NCBI GenBank assembly: GCA_041690135.1
Contig: JAWLHY010000001.1
Location: 1,088,001 to 1,152,000, forward strand
Length of the DNA stretch: 64,000 nt
Direction: 5' to 3'
Origin: Armatimonadota bacterium
Lineage (GTDB): Bacteria; Armatimonadota; SYMT01
A program made the translations under genes and the position numbers. A model generated the notes under the pieces. That model had not been told where the DNA came from. It ran no database searches and saw nothing but the letters and a program-made list of their open reading frames with translations. Below are positions 1 through 8,582 of this stretch, one piece after another (within the stretch, counting starts at the first letter, position 1; each line of letters opens with the position of its first letter).

Positions 1-940
1 TGCTATCGCTCAGCGTCCGGAGTGCCCGGTTTGCCCGGTGGAGCGCCAGCGCCGCCTCCTGGCGCTCCGACTGTCCAATGGCAAGGGCGACCAGATCCGC
101 GAGGGAGCCCGCGAAGTTCTGCTCATCCAGTGACCACTCCCGGGCAGTTTCGATGTGCTCGTGGCAGATCACCCCGATTGTCTGGCCGCCCAGGTGGATC
201 GGCGCATCCAGCAAGGAAGTGATGCCGTGGACGGAGAGATAGGAATTCTGGAACTCTCGCGTGCGGGGGTCCGCGAGACTATCGTGGGCAGCGATCGCCC
301 GATCCTCCTCCAGGGCCCGGAAGTAGGTGGGATAGTCGGCAGGCGCCAACTGTATTCCACTGGTGTGCCGGCTGGAACTCCTCTCGTAGAGATCCAAACA
401 GCGAAGGAAGTGCTGGTCGTGGCAGAGCCAGACCCCGACCCGCTCCACGTCCAGGGTCCGGCTGGCGGTTTCCGTGATGAACCGCAGCGCGGGCTCCAGC
501 TCGCCGGCAATCAAGGCCGGATGCCGGGCCAGTTCACTCAGGGCGGCCTGCTGCTTGCGGAGGCGCTCCTGGGTGAGCTGGTTATCCAGTTCCCCCCGTT
601 TCCGGTGGGTGATGTCCTGGAAGAGAATCGACAGTCCGTCGGGAAGCGGATGGAAATCGAAGGAAAGCCATGTGGCCAGTGGGGCGTAGTAGTCCTCGCA
701 CCCGACCCGGACCCGCTCCGCGACCGCCCTTCTCGCGGCGGAGTCACAGGCTGCGGGGATTCCCTCCGGCAGCACTTCCCAAACGTTCCGGCCCAGAACT
801 TCCTCCCGGTTCCGGCGCGTCATTAGCTCGGCCGTCCGGTTCAAGTAGACGACCCGCCACTGTTGGTCAAGGACGATGAAGCCGTCGCTTATGCCATCCA
901 GGACTCGCTCGAGCGCGGGTGCTTCCCGCGGTCTGTCCAT
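1..940 (-). CDS. PAS-GAF sensor protein (probable histidine kinase or cyclase), runs off the left edge of the window
   Basis: Absent from the ORF track because no stop falls inside the window. Manual translation from ATG 940 gives MDRPREAPALERVLDGISDGFIVLDQQWRVVYLNRTAELM... (PAS), then ...ITSLLDAPIHLGGQTIGVICHEHIETAREWSLDEQNFAGSLADLVALAI (GAF). The frame is open to base 1. Confidence 0.85.
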   Translation of the reverse strand, partial: MDRPREAPALERVLDGISDGFIVLDQQWRVVYLNRTAELMTRRNREEVLGRNVWEVLPEGIPAACDSAARRAVAERVRVGCEDYYAPLATWLSFDFHPLPDGLSILFQDITHRKRGELDNQLTQERLRKQQAALSELARHPALIAGELEPALRFITETASRTLDVERVGVWLCHDQHFLRCLDLYERSSSRHTSGIQLAPADYPTYFRALEEDRAIAAHDSLADPRTREFQNSYLSVHGITSLLDAPIHLGGQTIGVICHEHIETAREWSLDEQNFAGSLADLVALAIGQSERQEAALALHRANRALRTLSDS

Positions 941-1176
941 AGTCCCGTTCCGATCGTGAGAGACGTACGGCACGCAGGTACGGGCTTGCTCGAGAAGATC
1001 GCACCTATTCCCTTATTCCCGGAGAGGGCGGACCCGAACGCGAGTTGCTGATTCCACCGGTTCACGATGATCGGGACTGACGCCGGGTTGGACGAACGGC
1101 CCCGGAGGCTCAAGCTGCGGCTGGGTCAGAGACGGTTATGCGGGCCGGACACTGCTCGCGCGACTCGAGAATCCAC

Positions 1177-1983
1177 TTACCTCCCCACCCTGCAACTCTC
1201 CCATTCCGGCCAAACGGCCTGGATGCGCACAAGGAGCCACGCTCCCGAAACGGTGACGGTGGATTCGTGGGATGCATACAGTAGCCAGTCCAGGCTTTCA
1301 GAGGTCCAGTATCCCTCGGCGCCGTTGTAGATGGGGTCGAGGAGTGCCAGGTCCATCTCATACTCGGGACCGTACTCCCGCAGTTCCCAAACCTTGCTCA
1401 CCCCTGCATCGGCGAGCAGGCTTTGCAACCGGCTTATGGGAAGGTGCTGGTAGAAGGGATCCGCCGCGAACGCGACGGTGTTGGGAGGACGCTCTCCCTG
1501 TAAGGGATACCAGTGTTCATGCGCCTCCAACCCGAAGAGTTGCCCTATCCGGTCCCAGACTTCCCGGCTTTCCTCGTCCAGCAGGGTGCGGCGGTACGGC
1601 AACGGCATGACCTCCTCCAAAGCCTCGGCCTGAAGGTCGTCGACGAACGCAGAGAAGAGGTCGCGTTCCTCCTGGGTGGCGCGTTGCTCGATAGTTCCTC
1701 GCGGGTATTCGGTGCAGTGCCCCTGTGCCGATTGACCGATGCTCCAGAGTCGGTTCCGGAACTCGCGCAGGTCCCGACAAGCCTCCGGCCGCAGGCGTTC
1801 GACCTCGACGAGGATACACTCGAGCACGTTATAGCGAGGGAAGACTTTCTTGTGCCTGTCGGAGTAGTGCCGCCCGTCACGGAAGCCCGGTTGACCCAGT
1901 TGCGAATATCGCTGGTGCCAGTAGTCGATCCGCTCCTGGCAATAGCTGCGGGCGGCGGTGTGCAGGGCTTCGCATGGCGTCAT
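1177..1983 (-). CDS. hypothetical protein (268 aa)
   Basis: Protein-like composition, with GGAGG RBS upstream of ATG 1983. No family recognised. Confidence 0.7.
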   Translation of the reverse strand: MTPCEALHTAARSYCQERIDYWHQRYSQLGQPGFRDGRHYSDRHKKVFPRYNVLECILVEVERLRPEACRDLREFRNRLWSIGQSAQGHCTEYPRGTIEQRATQEERDLFSAFVDDLQAEALEEVMPLPYRRTLLDEESREVWDRIGQLFGLEAHEHWYPLQGERPPNTVAFAADPFYQHLPISRLQSLLADAGVSKVWELREYGPEYEMDLALLDPIYNGAEGYWTSESLDWLLYASHESTVTVSGAWLLVRIQAVWPEWESCRVGR

Positions 1984-2069
1984 GAGGACCTCCTACCCTA
2001 CAATCCTATCCAAGACCATTCCGAAAGGCGTGACCGGCCGGGAAGCATCGCGGCAGATTGGAGGATTGT

Positions 2070-2657
2070 GTGAAGGATGCCGGACCGGAGTGGGGCGAGT
2101 TCGCCCTGGACATGGCCCATACCCGGGAAGAGGCCGCGCGGAGGTTCGCCGAGTGGGAGCAGCGGGCACAGGCGATTCCGGGGGCGGAGGTCAGGGTCAC
2201 GGGTTGGCGGGATGCCGGCGGCGGGGAGACCTACCTGCTCTGGACCCGGTCCGAAGCGCTCGTGCGGAGGCGCCCGGGCGGGCTATTCCCCTCCGCGGGA
2301 CTCATAGCCCACTGGCGGGCCGCGCATGTCCGGCACCTCGACTTCACGCTGCGGCCGTGGCGGGATCGTCCGGCCCTGCGCGCCAGGGGGGATCTGCCGG
2401 TCTACGGTCCGTATGTGGAGAATGAGCCGTACGACCCGGAGCGGTGGGAGCTAGTCCCCAACGCCTGGGACCACGAGCACTGCCTCCTCTGCGATGTTCA
2501 CATCTGCGCGGACGGGGACCACGGGTACACGCAGGCCTACTTCAGCGCCGGCCCTGCCCACTTCGACCCGAACGGAGATGAAGTCTGGATTTGCCCGCCC
2601 TGCTTCGCGCGCTACCTCCACGGCTGGCAGCGCCTCCCGATCGATGAGACCGCATAG
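2070..2657 (+). CDS. hypothetical protein with C-terminal WDHEHCxxC...WICxxC putative metal-binding module
   Basis: GGAGG at 2060-2064 precedes GTG 2070. Motifs WDHEHCLLC and WICPPCF. Confidence 0.65.
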   Translation: MKDAGPEWGEFALDMAHTREEAARRFAEWEQRAQAIPGAEVRVTGWRDAGGGETYLLWTRSEALVRRRPGGLFPSAGLIAHWRAAHVRHLDFTLRPWRDRPALRARGDLPVYGPYVENEPYDPERWELVPNAWDHEHCLLCDVHICADGDHGYTQAYFSAGPAHFDPNGDEVWICPPCFARYLHGWQRLPIDETA

Positions 2658-2703
2658 CGGGAGTTCCGAGGCTTTCGGGGGCAGTGCCTCGCTGCTCACC
2701 CCC

Positions 2704-3852
2704 TCAGCGTCCGAGCCGGGTGAGGGTTCGGGCGTTCATTCTCCAGGCCGCCGGCTCGCCGGCCGTCACCTCCACCCCCTCCCGGCGCATGATCTGGGCC
2801 AGGGAGCGCGGGTCGGCGGCGGAGAGCTTCTCCACGGTGTCGATGCCGTTCTTGACCAGGGCTGTGCGGACTTTCGCGGGGAGCCCGGCCATCCGGTCCA
2901 GCGGCGCCGTCGCCACGCTCTCCGCTTCGGTCTCCAGGCCGAAGGCGGAAGCGATGGCCGCGCTCGCGCCGGAAGTCGTCCGCAGCGCCGCCGCTTCGCG
3001 CTCCGCGACATCTTCGACGAGCTCCTCCAGGGTGCGGTAGCTGGCGCCCTCGGGCAGGATCTCGACCAACTCGCGGAGGGGCGTGCCTCCGGAGGTGACC
3101 ACGGCGCCGTGCCTTGTGACCAGGTCTTTCTTGGTGATCGGCTGACCGGCGGGAAAAGATGTGGTGATCTCGCGGGTTTCGGCAAGGAGCTTGGCGAGCT
3201 CGCCCGCCCGGTTGACCCGGCCGCCGGTGACCGCGTCCACCCCGATGGTGTGGACGGCGGGGAGGAGCATCGTCCCCTGCGCGGTCTTCCAGACCGTCAC
3301 GTCCTTATCCCCGAGCTTGGTGGCGCCCAGGAAGGTTCCGCCGCTCACCAGGCCTCCGAAGTTCGGCATCGGTTCCACGACCGTTCCGGGGAAGGGGGTG
3401 AGACCGCCGTGGCCGCAGCACTCGAAGATGTCGGCGTTCAGGCGGTTCACCTCCGCCTTCAGCTCGTCGAGAAGCTTCCGGATGCTGCCGCGCATCTCCG
3501 CCATGCAGGCGAAGGCCTGGTCGAGGTCCTGCTTGAGGGCGTCCAGGTCTGCTTCGATGTTATGGAAGCGTTCGTTGAACCCGTCCTCCCCCACCGTCTT
3601 CTCGGCCTGAACCACGCTCTCGCCGTCAATCCAGTCCGTATGTTGGAAGCTGCGCTGGAACTTCGCCGCGCAGCCCGGATCGGTGGCCGCAAACGGCTCC
3701 CGATAGTCGAAGGTGCGCTTCGTCCTGCCGAAGTTTTCGAAGATCCAGCCACTCACCAGGATAGCGGCGTCGGAGTGGGACAGCCCCGTGCTCCGGATCT
3801 GCGTGTAGAGCTGGTCCGCCGTCATGCCTTCGATTTCCAGGCGCTCTGCCAT
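2704..3852 (-). CDS. CIS distal protein: fibre-like N-terminal motif, coiled coil, C-terminal helix-hairpin-helix-like domain
   Basis: Start moved to ATG 3852 (MAERLEIEG). Contains HTDWIDGESVVQA...GFNERFHNIEADL, a heptad-rich segment, and HhH-like MAGLPAKVRTALVKNGIDTVEKL. Last gene of the tail operon. Confidence 0.6.
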   Translation of the reverse strand: MAERLEIEGMTADQLYTQIRSTGLSHSDAAILVSGWIFENFGRTKRTFDYREPFAATDPGCAAKFQRSFQHTDWIDGESVVQAEKTVGEDGFNERFHNIEADLDALKQDLDQAFACMAEMRGSIRKLLDELKAEVNRLNADIFECCGHGGLTPFPGTVVEPMPNFGGLVSGGTFLGATKLGDKDVTVWKTAQGTMLLPAVHTIGVDAVTGGRVNRAGELAKLLAETREITTSFPAGQPITKKDLVTRHGAVVTSGGTPLRELVEILPEGASYRTLEELVEDVAEREAAALRTTSGASAAIASAFGLETEAESVATAPLDRMAGLPAKVRTALVKNGIDTVEKLSAADPRSLAQIMRREGVEVTAGEPAAWRMNARTLTRLGR

Positions 3853-3931
3853 CTTTACCCTCCGAAATCCACTACGTGCCACCCGTCTGGATGGCCAAAG
3901 GTCGAACGTGCCCGCGGGGTCGCGCCCGCTC

Positions 3932-6298
3932 TCACTCCTCCGCCGAAAGCAGCGCCGCCGTCTCCCCGCGGTGCCGCTTCCTCCGAAACTGCCGGTAAGT
4001 CCGGAAGACGGAGGGCGAAAGCGGCTCGGGAACCCCGTCGCCATCCAGGTCGACGTGCCGCTGGCGGATGGCGTATGTGTTGACTTCCACTCCCAGCGGG
4101 TAGGCGTGCTGGAGCAGGTTCATCAGGAACTCATACTGGCGGAGGTCCAGCCGCGCGTCGTCGGGCAGCTCCACCCGGAACTCGTACGGGTCCGTGAGGC
4201 CCCGGCGCGCGTAGCCGACCACCACGATCGCGGTGAGACCGGCGCCGGCGGGTACGAAGACGGTGCGGCTGCCGATCGCCTTGATCTCGCCTCCCGGCCC
4301 CTCCAGGGGCACGGCGTACCAGCGGAAGCCGGTGGCGCGACGCGCGGAGAGATTGGTACCGGCCTCCGGGAGGCCGATGGCCCCCGCTACCAGCAGCACC
4401 TCGGAGGGTCCGGTGATCAGGGGCAGCACGGACACCACGTGGTGCTTTTGCAGGATCTCCACCAGGCGGCGCAGCTCCGCACCGGCCGCAACCTGCCCCG
4501 CCAGGATCGCCTGGGCCAGGGGGTCCGGCAAGCGGAGGGTCTCCACCAGTTCCGGCGAGACGCGCTTCAGCCGCTCCACCACCGGTCCCGGTTCCCGCAG
4601 GGCGGGAAGCCCCGCCGCGCCCAGGAGGTTCAGGGCCGGATCACCCGCGGGCCGCGGACCGGCGGCACTCCAGCGGGCCGGCGCCTGCGCATCCGGGATG
4701 ACGGTCCACGCGGCGCCGCCGGAGGCGGTCCACTCCGCCAGGGCGGCCTGCAGCCCCGCCGCGAGCGCTGCGTTCGTGCCGGGATCGCCGGGCGCATGGT
4801 AGTGGGCCTCCAGTTGCACCCCGGCGCCCGGGTTGGCCGTCGAAGGACCGGTGATTGCCAGCCCGAAGGTGGGGAAGTGGCTCACGTAGAGGCGCTGCGT
4901 GTTCACCCGGTGGACCGTTCGAAGCCCGCACGGCTCCAGAAGCCAGCGTCCCTCCGGGTCCTCTGCGGGCAGCGCGGGGACCATCCGCGCGAGCAGCTCC
5001 TCCACCTCCGCGTCGGCGCTCGGTACGCGGTTCGGGTCCAGCAATGCGGAGCGCATCTGGTTCAGGTGGGCCGTCATGGGCGGGCGGAGGTCCACCCCCA
5101 GCCCCAGTTCGTAGCGGCTCCCCGCGCCTCCATCCTGCGCGCGGAGGACCTGCCACGGGGTTGCCACTCCCAGCGCGGCGCGGCAGCGACCCGCGAGGTC
5201 GAGCGCGGAGGCCAGCATGGGCGCCAGGGCCGCGCCGGCGGGGAAGGTGTAATGGGCCGCGAGCCGGTCTCGAAGCGCCTCCTCCTGCTGTCGCCGGGCA
5301 CTGGGGATGAACCGCGCGTCGTGGACCGCCTGCGCGGCGGCGGTGTCCTCCGGCCGGACCAGCCGAACCGCGCGTGTGTGGAGCAGGAAGTTGTCTCGGA
5401 ACTGCGCCCCACCGGCGCCGACCAGGTGGATCGACACCGCGAACTCGTTGTCCGCTTCCACGAGGTCGAACCGGCGCGGTTGGCCGAGCGCCCCGATCGG
5501 CCCGCGGTTCGGGTCCGCCGCGCCGCCGGGCCCGTTCAGCAGTTCGAGCAGCCGGCTCCGCGTCGGCTGCAGGAGGGGCCGGTAGAGCGCCAGGCGGCGG
5601 CGGTACTCGTCGTCCGGCTCCGCCTGCGGGACTCCGGCGCTGTCGAGCCGGGCGCGGGTGACGACCTCTCCGGCCGTGGCGTCCCAGAGGATCTCGTCCG
5701 TGAAGCGGGGCACTCCCAGGTCCGCGCCGATCAGGTCCAGGGCTCCGCCGTCCGCCGTTGCCAGGCAGCGCATCGCCGCCAATTCTCGCGCCTGGCGCCG
5801 CACGCGCTGTTTCTCCGCCCCCAGGACGTAGAGCAGCTTACCCATGTTCCCTTCCACCACGCGGACCTCCAGCCGATCGGCCAGCTCCGCCGCGGGCACG
5901 CTCGTCTCCGTCCCGTCCGGGGCGATGGCGGTGAGGGAGAGGGCAACCGTCACCGGGGCCGCGGTCCGCGTGGCGGGGTCGACCGGCGGCTGGTAGAGCG
6001 GGAGGAACGCCCCCGCTTCCGTATAGCGGAAGAACTGGAGCGGAGGAAGCGGCTCCGCGGTCCCGTCCGGGTCCAGCACTCCCTCCAAACGCAGCGCCTC
6101 CCCCTCCAGCGGCCGGGAAGGGGCGGCCAGCAGCAGCGGCTCGCGGGCGTTCCAGGTCATGCGGACCACGCCCAGCCCATCCGGAAGGAGAGCCGAGTCG
6201 CGCGCCCCTCCGGCGAACGGGCCGGTGAGGTGGGCGATCATATTCCGGTGCGAGGCCGCGCCCCACCCGTCCGGATCCTGCCACGCGGGAGTGCTCAT
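3932..6298 (-). CDS. large baseplate wedge protein (gpI/DUF2612-like core with extra domains)
   Basis: ALDLIGADLGVPR and EPDDEYRRRL are motifs typical of myophage wedge proteins. Follows baseplate-J through a TGATG stop/start overlap at 6298. Confidence 0.65.
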   Translation of the reverse strand: MSTPAWQDPDGWGAASHRNMIAHLTGPFAGGARDSALLPDGLGVVRMTWNAREPLLLAAPSRPLEGEALRLEGVLDPDGTAEPLPPLQFFRYTEAGAFLPLYQPPVDPATRTAAPVTVALSLTAIAPDGTETSVPAAELADRLEVRVVEGNMGKLLYVLGAEKQRVRRQARELAAMRCLATADGGALDLIGADLGVPRFTDEILWDATAGEVVTRARLDSAGVPQAEPDDEYRRRLALYRPLLQPTRSRLLELLNGPGGAADPNRGPIGALGQPRRFDLVEADNEFAVSIHLVGAGGAQFRDNFLLHTRAVRLVRPEDTAAAQAVHDARFIPSARRQQEEALRDRLAAHYTFPAGAALAPMLASALDLAGRCRAALGVATPWQVLRAQDGGAGSRYELGLGVDLRPPMTAHLNQMRSALLDPNRVPSADAEVEELLARMVPALPAEDPEGRWLLEPCGLRTVHRVNTQRLYVSHFPTFGLAITGPSTANPGAGVQLEAHYHAPGDPGTNAALAAGLQAALAEWTASGGAAWTVIPDAQAPARWSAAGPRPAGDPALNLLGAAGLPALREPGPVVERLKRVSPELVETLRLPDPLAQAILAGQVAAGAELRRLVEILQKHHVVSVLPLITGPSEVLLVAGAIGLPEAGTNLSARRATGFRWYAVPLEGPGGEIKAIGSRTVFVPAGAGLTAIVVVGYARRGLTDPYEFRVELPDDARLDLRQYEFLMNLLQHAYPLGVEVNTYAIRQRHVDLDGDGVPEPLSPSVFRTYRQFRRKRHRGETAALLSAEE

Positions 6299-7740
6299 CA
6301 CACAATCTCCAGGCCGGCAATGTCATCCACGAACACGGCGATCTGGTTGGACTGGAGGGCGACGTTCTGGCCCACCTGGAACCGCTCGGCGGTCTCGCCG
6401 GTGCCGGCCCCGAAGTCGATCGAGTCGATGCCGGCCGGGTAGCGGAGCAGGCGCAGCTCCAGCGCGTCGGCAATGCCGGGCTCGTTCATTACGGACCAGA
6501 CGATCTCGGAGTAGCGGACGGGGTCACCCACTTGCAGCGTGTCCACGTAGGTCCGCAGCCGGGAGACGATCCGCTCCTTCAGGTCGATCGCCGCCTGGGA
6601 AGCGTTGACGGATTGGCGGGAGCCGGTGGGCAATGGAAGCCCCCGCACCACCAGCTTCGCCTCCACGCCGATGCCGATCTCCTCTGCCTTCTCCACGCGG
6701 GGGAAGATCCCGATCGGGCGCAGGTCGTCGATCACCGACTCCACGGCCGCCTTCAGCCCGTCCGGTCCTTCCCAGATGGCGGCGGACGTGGGGGCGACCA
6801 GCACCGTGAAGTAGTACGGGCTGCCCAGGTCGCGCTCCGTCCCGAACACCCGCTCGATGAAGTTGAAGTTCCCAAAGATCGACTGGTTGATATCCAGACC
6901 GCCGAACCCGTCCCGGATGATCACCTGCCGCACCCCGGGCACCAGCGAGACCGCGATCCGGATTGCATCCACCGTCCAGACGGAGCGCGGCGCGTTCAGC
7001 AGCAGTTCCCGGTAGCGGAGGTCCGGCCACTGCCGCGCACCGCCGGTGAGGGGGGCGGTGTGCTCGATCGAGACGAGCGGCGTCCCGGCGTCTTCCGCGG
7101 CGATCACCCGTTCCGCGGCGGGGTCCAGCCGGTTGAACCGGTCGATCTTCTGCGGGTGCCCGCCGCCGGAGTCGGTGAAGCTGGGATCGAGGTCGTGCGA
7201 GGGGCCTGGGTAGAAGGCCACCACGGCCGCGTCCCGCTCCTTGTTCTCTGGGGAGAGGGTGACCGTCTCATCCAGGGAGACGTGGTGTCCGCCGGGGGTC
7301 AGCAGCCGAGTTCCGCTGCGCAGCACCAGCTTCTCCTCGCCCGGGTCCAGCGTGCCGGTGAGCTTGAGCTTGATCTTTCCCCGGGCCTGCTCGTAGGGGC
7401 GGGACAGGCCCAGCTCCTCCCCCAGGCGGCTCAGGGCGTCCCCGACCGCGGTGGAGACGTACAGGTTGTCCGACATCGCCGCGAGCGCGGCCCAGGTCCG
7501 CATGTCTTCCAGGGCCGTCAGCTCGAGCAGCTTCCGGATGGCCGAGCCGGACCCGAGGTCCAGGTCGTCTCCGAAGAGGGCGCGCGCGAGAGCCAGCTTC
7601 TCCGCCAGCAGGCGCGCGAACGGCTTGGGTACGAACCCTTCGGCCGTGATCCCGAACTCGCCCGACCCGGTGGAGCGGGTGACCGCCGCATCCACGGCGA
7701 GCACGTCCGCCACGGGAATACTGGTTACTTGCTCAGACAT
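6298..7740 (-). CDS. baseplate J / gp47 family wedge protein
   Basis: FGITAEGFVPKPF N-terminus, STAVGDALSRLGEELGLSR, TGGARQWPDLRYRELL, AVSLVPGVRQV, and C-terminal LQVGDPVRYSEI...EPGIAD. Confidence 0.9.
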   Translation of the reverse strand: MSEQVTSIPVADVLAVDAAVTRSTGSGEFGITAEGFVPKPFARLLAEKLALARALFGDDLDLGSGSAIRKLLELTALEDMRTWAALAAMSDNLYVSTAVGDALSRLGEELGLSRPYEQARGKIKLKLTGTLDPGEEKLVLRSGTRLLTPGGHHVSLDETVTLSPENKERDAAVVAFYPGPSHDLDPSFTDSGGGHPQKIDRFNRLDPAAERVIAAEDAGTPLVSIEHTAPLTGGARQWPDLRYRELLLNAPRSVWTVDAIRIAVSLVPGVRQVIIRDGFGGLDINQSIFGNFNFIERVFGTERDLGSPYYFTVLVAPTSAAIWEGPDGLKAAVESVIDDLRPIGIFPRVEKAEEIGIGVEAKLVVRGLPLPTGSRQSVNASQAAIDLKERIVSRLRTYVDTLQVGDPVRYSEIVWSVMNEPGIADALELRLLRYPAGIDSIDFGAGTGETAERFQVGQNVALQSNQIAVFVDDIAGLEIV

Positions 7741-8245
7741 CCTGCGTCACCTTTCCGAGGTCGACCGCCACCTGGTCTCCGGATACGACCTCGCACACCA
7801 CGCGTACGGAGAGCTCCCGATGCAGTTCCGGAGACGCCCCGGGCTCCACGGCGACCGCCTGTGAAGGGGCGGCGTCCAGGCGGCCGTCATCCAGCTTGAC
7901 ATCCACGATGCGGCGGATCCGGGGCTCCCGCCGGAGGACCTGGATGATGGCGACGCGGACGCGTTCCCGCACCATCACGGGGTTGGTCTCCTCCACCAGG
8001 GCGTTCAGCCCGTCAAAACCGAAGGCGGTATTGAACACGTCGTCGCCCTTCAGGGTGGTCAGGGCTACCTCCAGGCTCTGCGCCAGGTTATCCAGCCCCT
8101 CCACCCGCGCCAGGTCCCGGCCGGTAGCGCCCGGGGTGAGCCGCAGGTCCCGCCCCAGCCCCAGCCTCGGGTCGATGCGCTCGCAGGCCAGCCCCCAGCC
8201 GAGCACTTTCCTTCTGATCAGCTTCTTCTGTTCCTGTTCGGTCAT
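7733..8245 (-). CDS. gp25/GPW-like baseplate sheath initiator
   Basis: NLAQSLEVALTTLKGDDVFNTAFG and IIQVLRREPRI match the gp25 pattern. Position between tip and baseplate J. Confidence 0.85.
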   Translation of the reverse strand: MTEQEQKKLIRRKVLGWGLACERIDPRLGLGRDLRLTPGATGRDLARVEGLDNLAQSLEVALTTLKGDDVFNTAFGFDGLNALVEETNPVMVRERVRVAIIQVLRREPRIRRIVDVKLDDGRLDAAPSQAVAVEPGASPELHRELSVRVVCEVVSGDQVAVDLGKVTQDV

Positions 8246-8574
8246 CTCGCCTTCAACTTGCCCTGGTTGGCGGTGGCGCCGACGCTGCCCGTCGGGTTGC
8301 CGTCAGTGCTCCCGCCAATCGTGTCCTCCAGCATCACCCCGCGCCCTCCCACCTTCAGCTTCGATGCGGCCCCGGAGACCGAGGCCACCGAGGAACATGG
8401 CTTGGTCTTGTCGGACTGCGCGGTGGAGCAGCCGCTCACGCCTTTTCCCTGAATACCTTCCGCCAGCAGCACCGGCCGGCCGCTTACAGTCAGCTTCCCG
8501 TTCCCCGTCACCGCCACGCTCCCAGGCGAATGCCCGCAGGTCACGCGGCTGGATTCGGTCAGCACCTTGCCCAT
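8242..8574 (-). CDS. PAAR-like spike tip protein
   Basis: 110 aa directly after the spike gene. TCGH, SGC and PC Cys/His ligands and the twice-repeated K(L)xVxGRxVLL pattern resemble PAAR-like/DUF4280 tips. Confidence 0.8.
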   Translation of the reverse strand: MGKVLTESSRVTCGHSPGSVAVTGNGKLTVSGRPVLLAEGIQGKGVSGCSTAQSDKTKPCSSVASVSGAASKLKVGGRGVMLEDTIGGSTDGNPTGSVGATANQGKLKAR

Positions 8575-8582
8575 GGCTCTCC

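Noticed and set aside
155-826. 223-aa plus-strand ORF from the track
   Set aside because: It is the antisense shadow of the minus-strand PAS-GAF gene that runs off the window edge.
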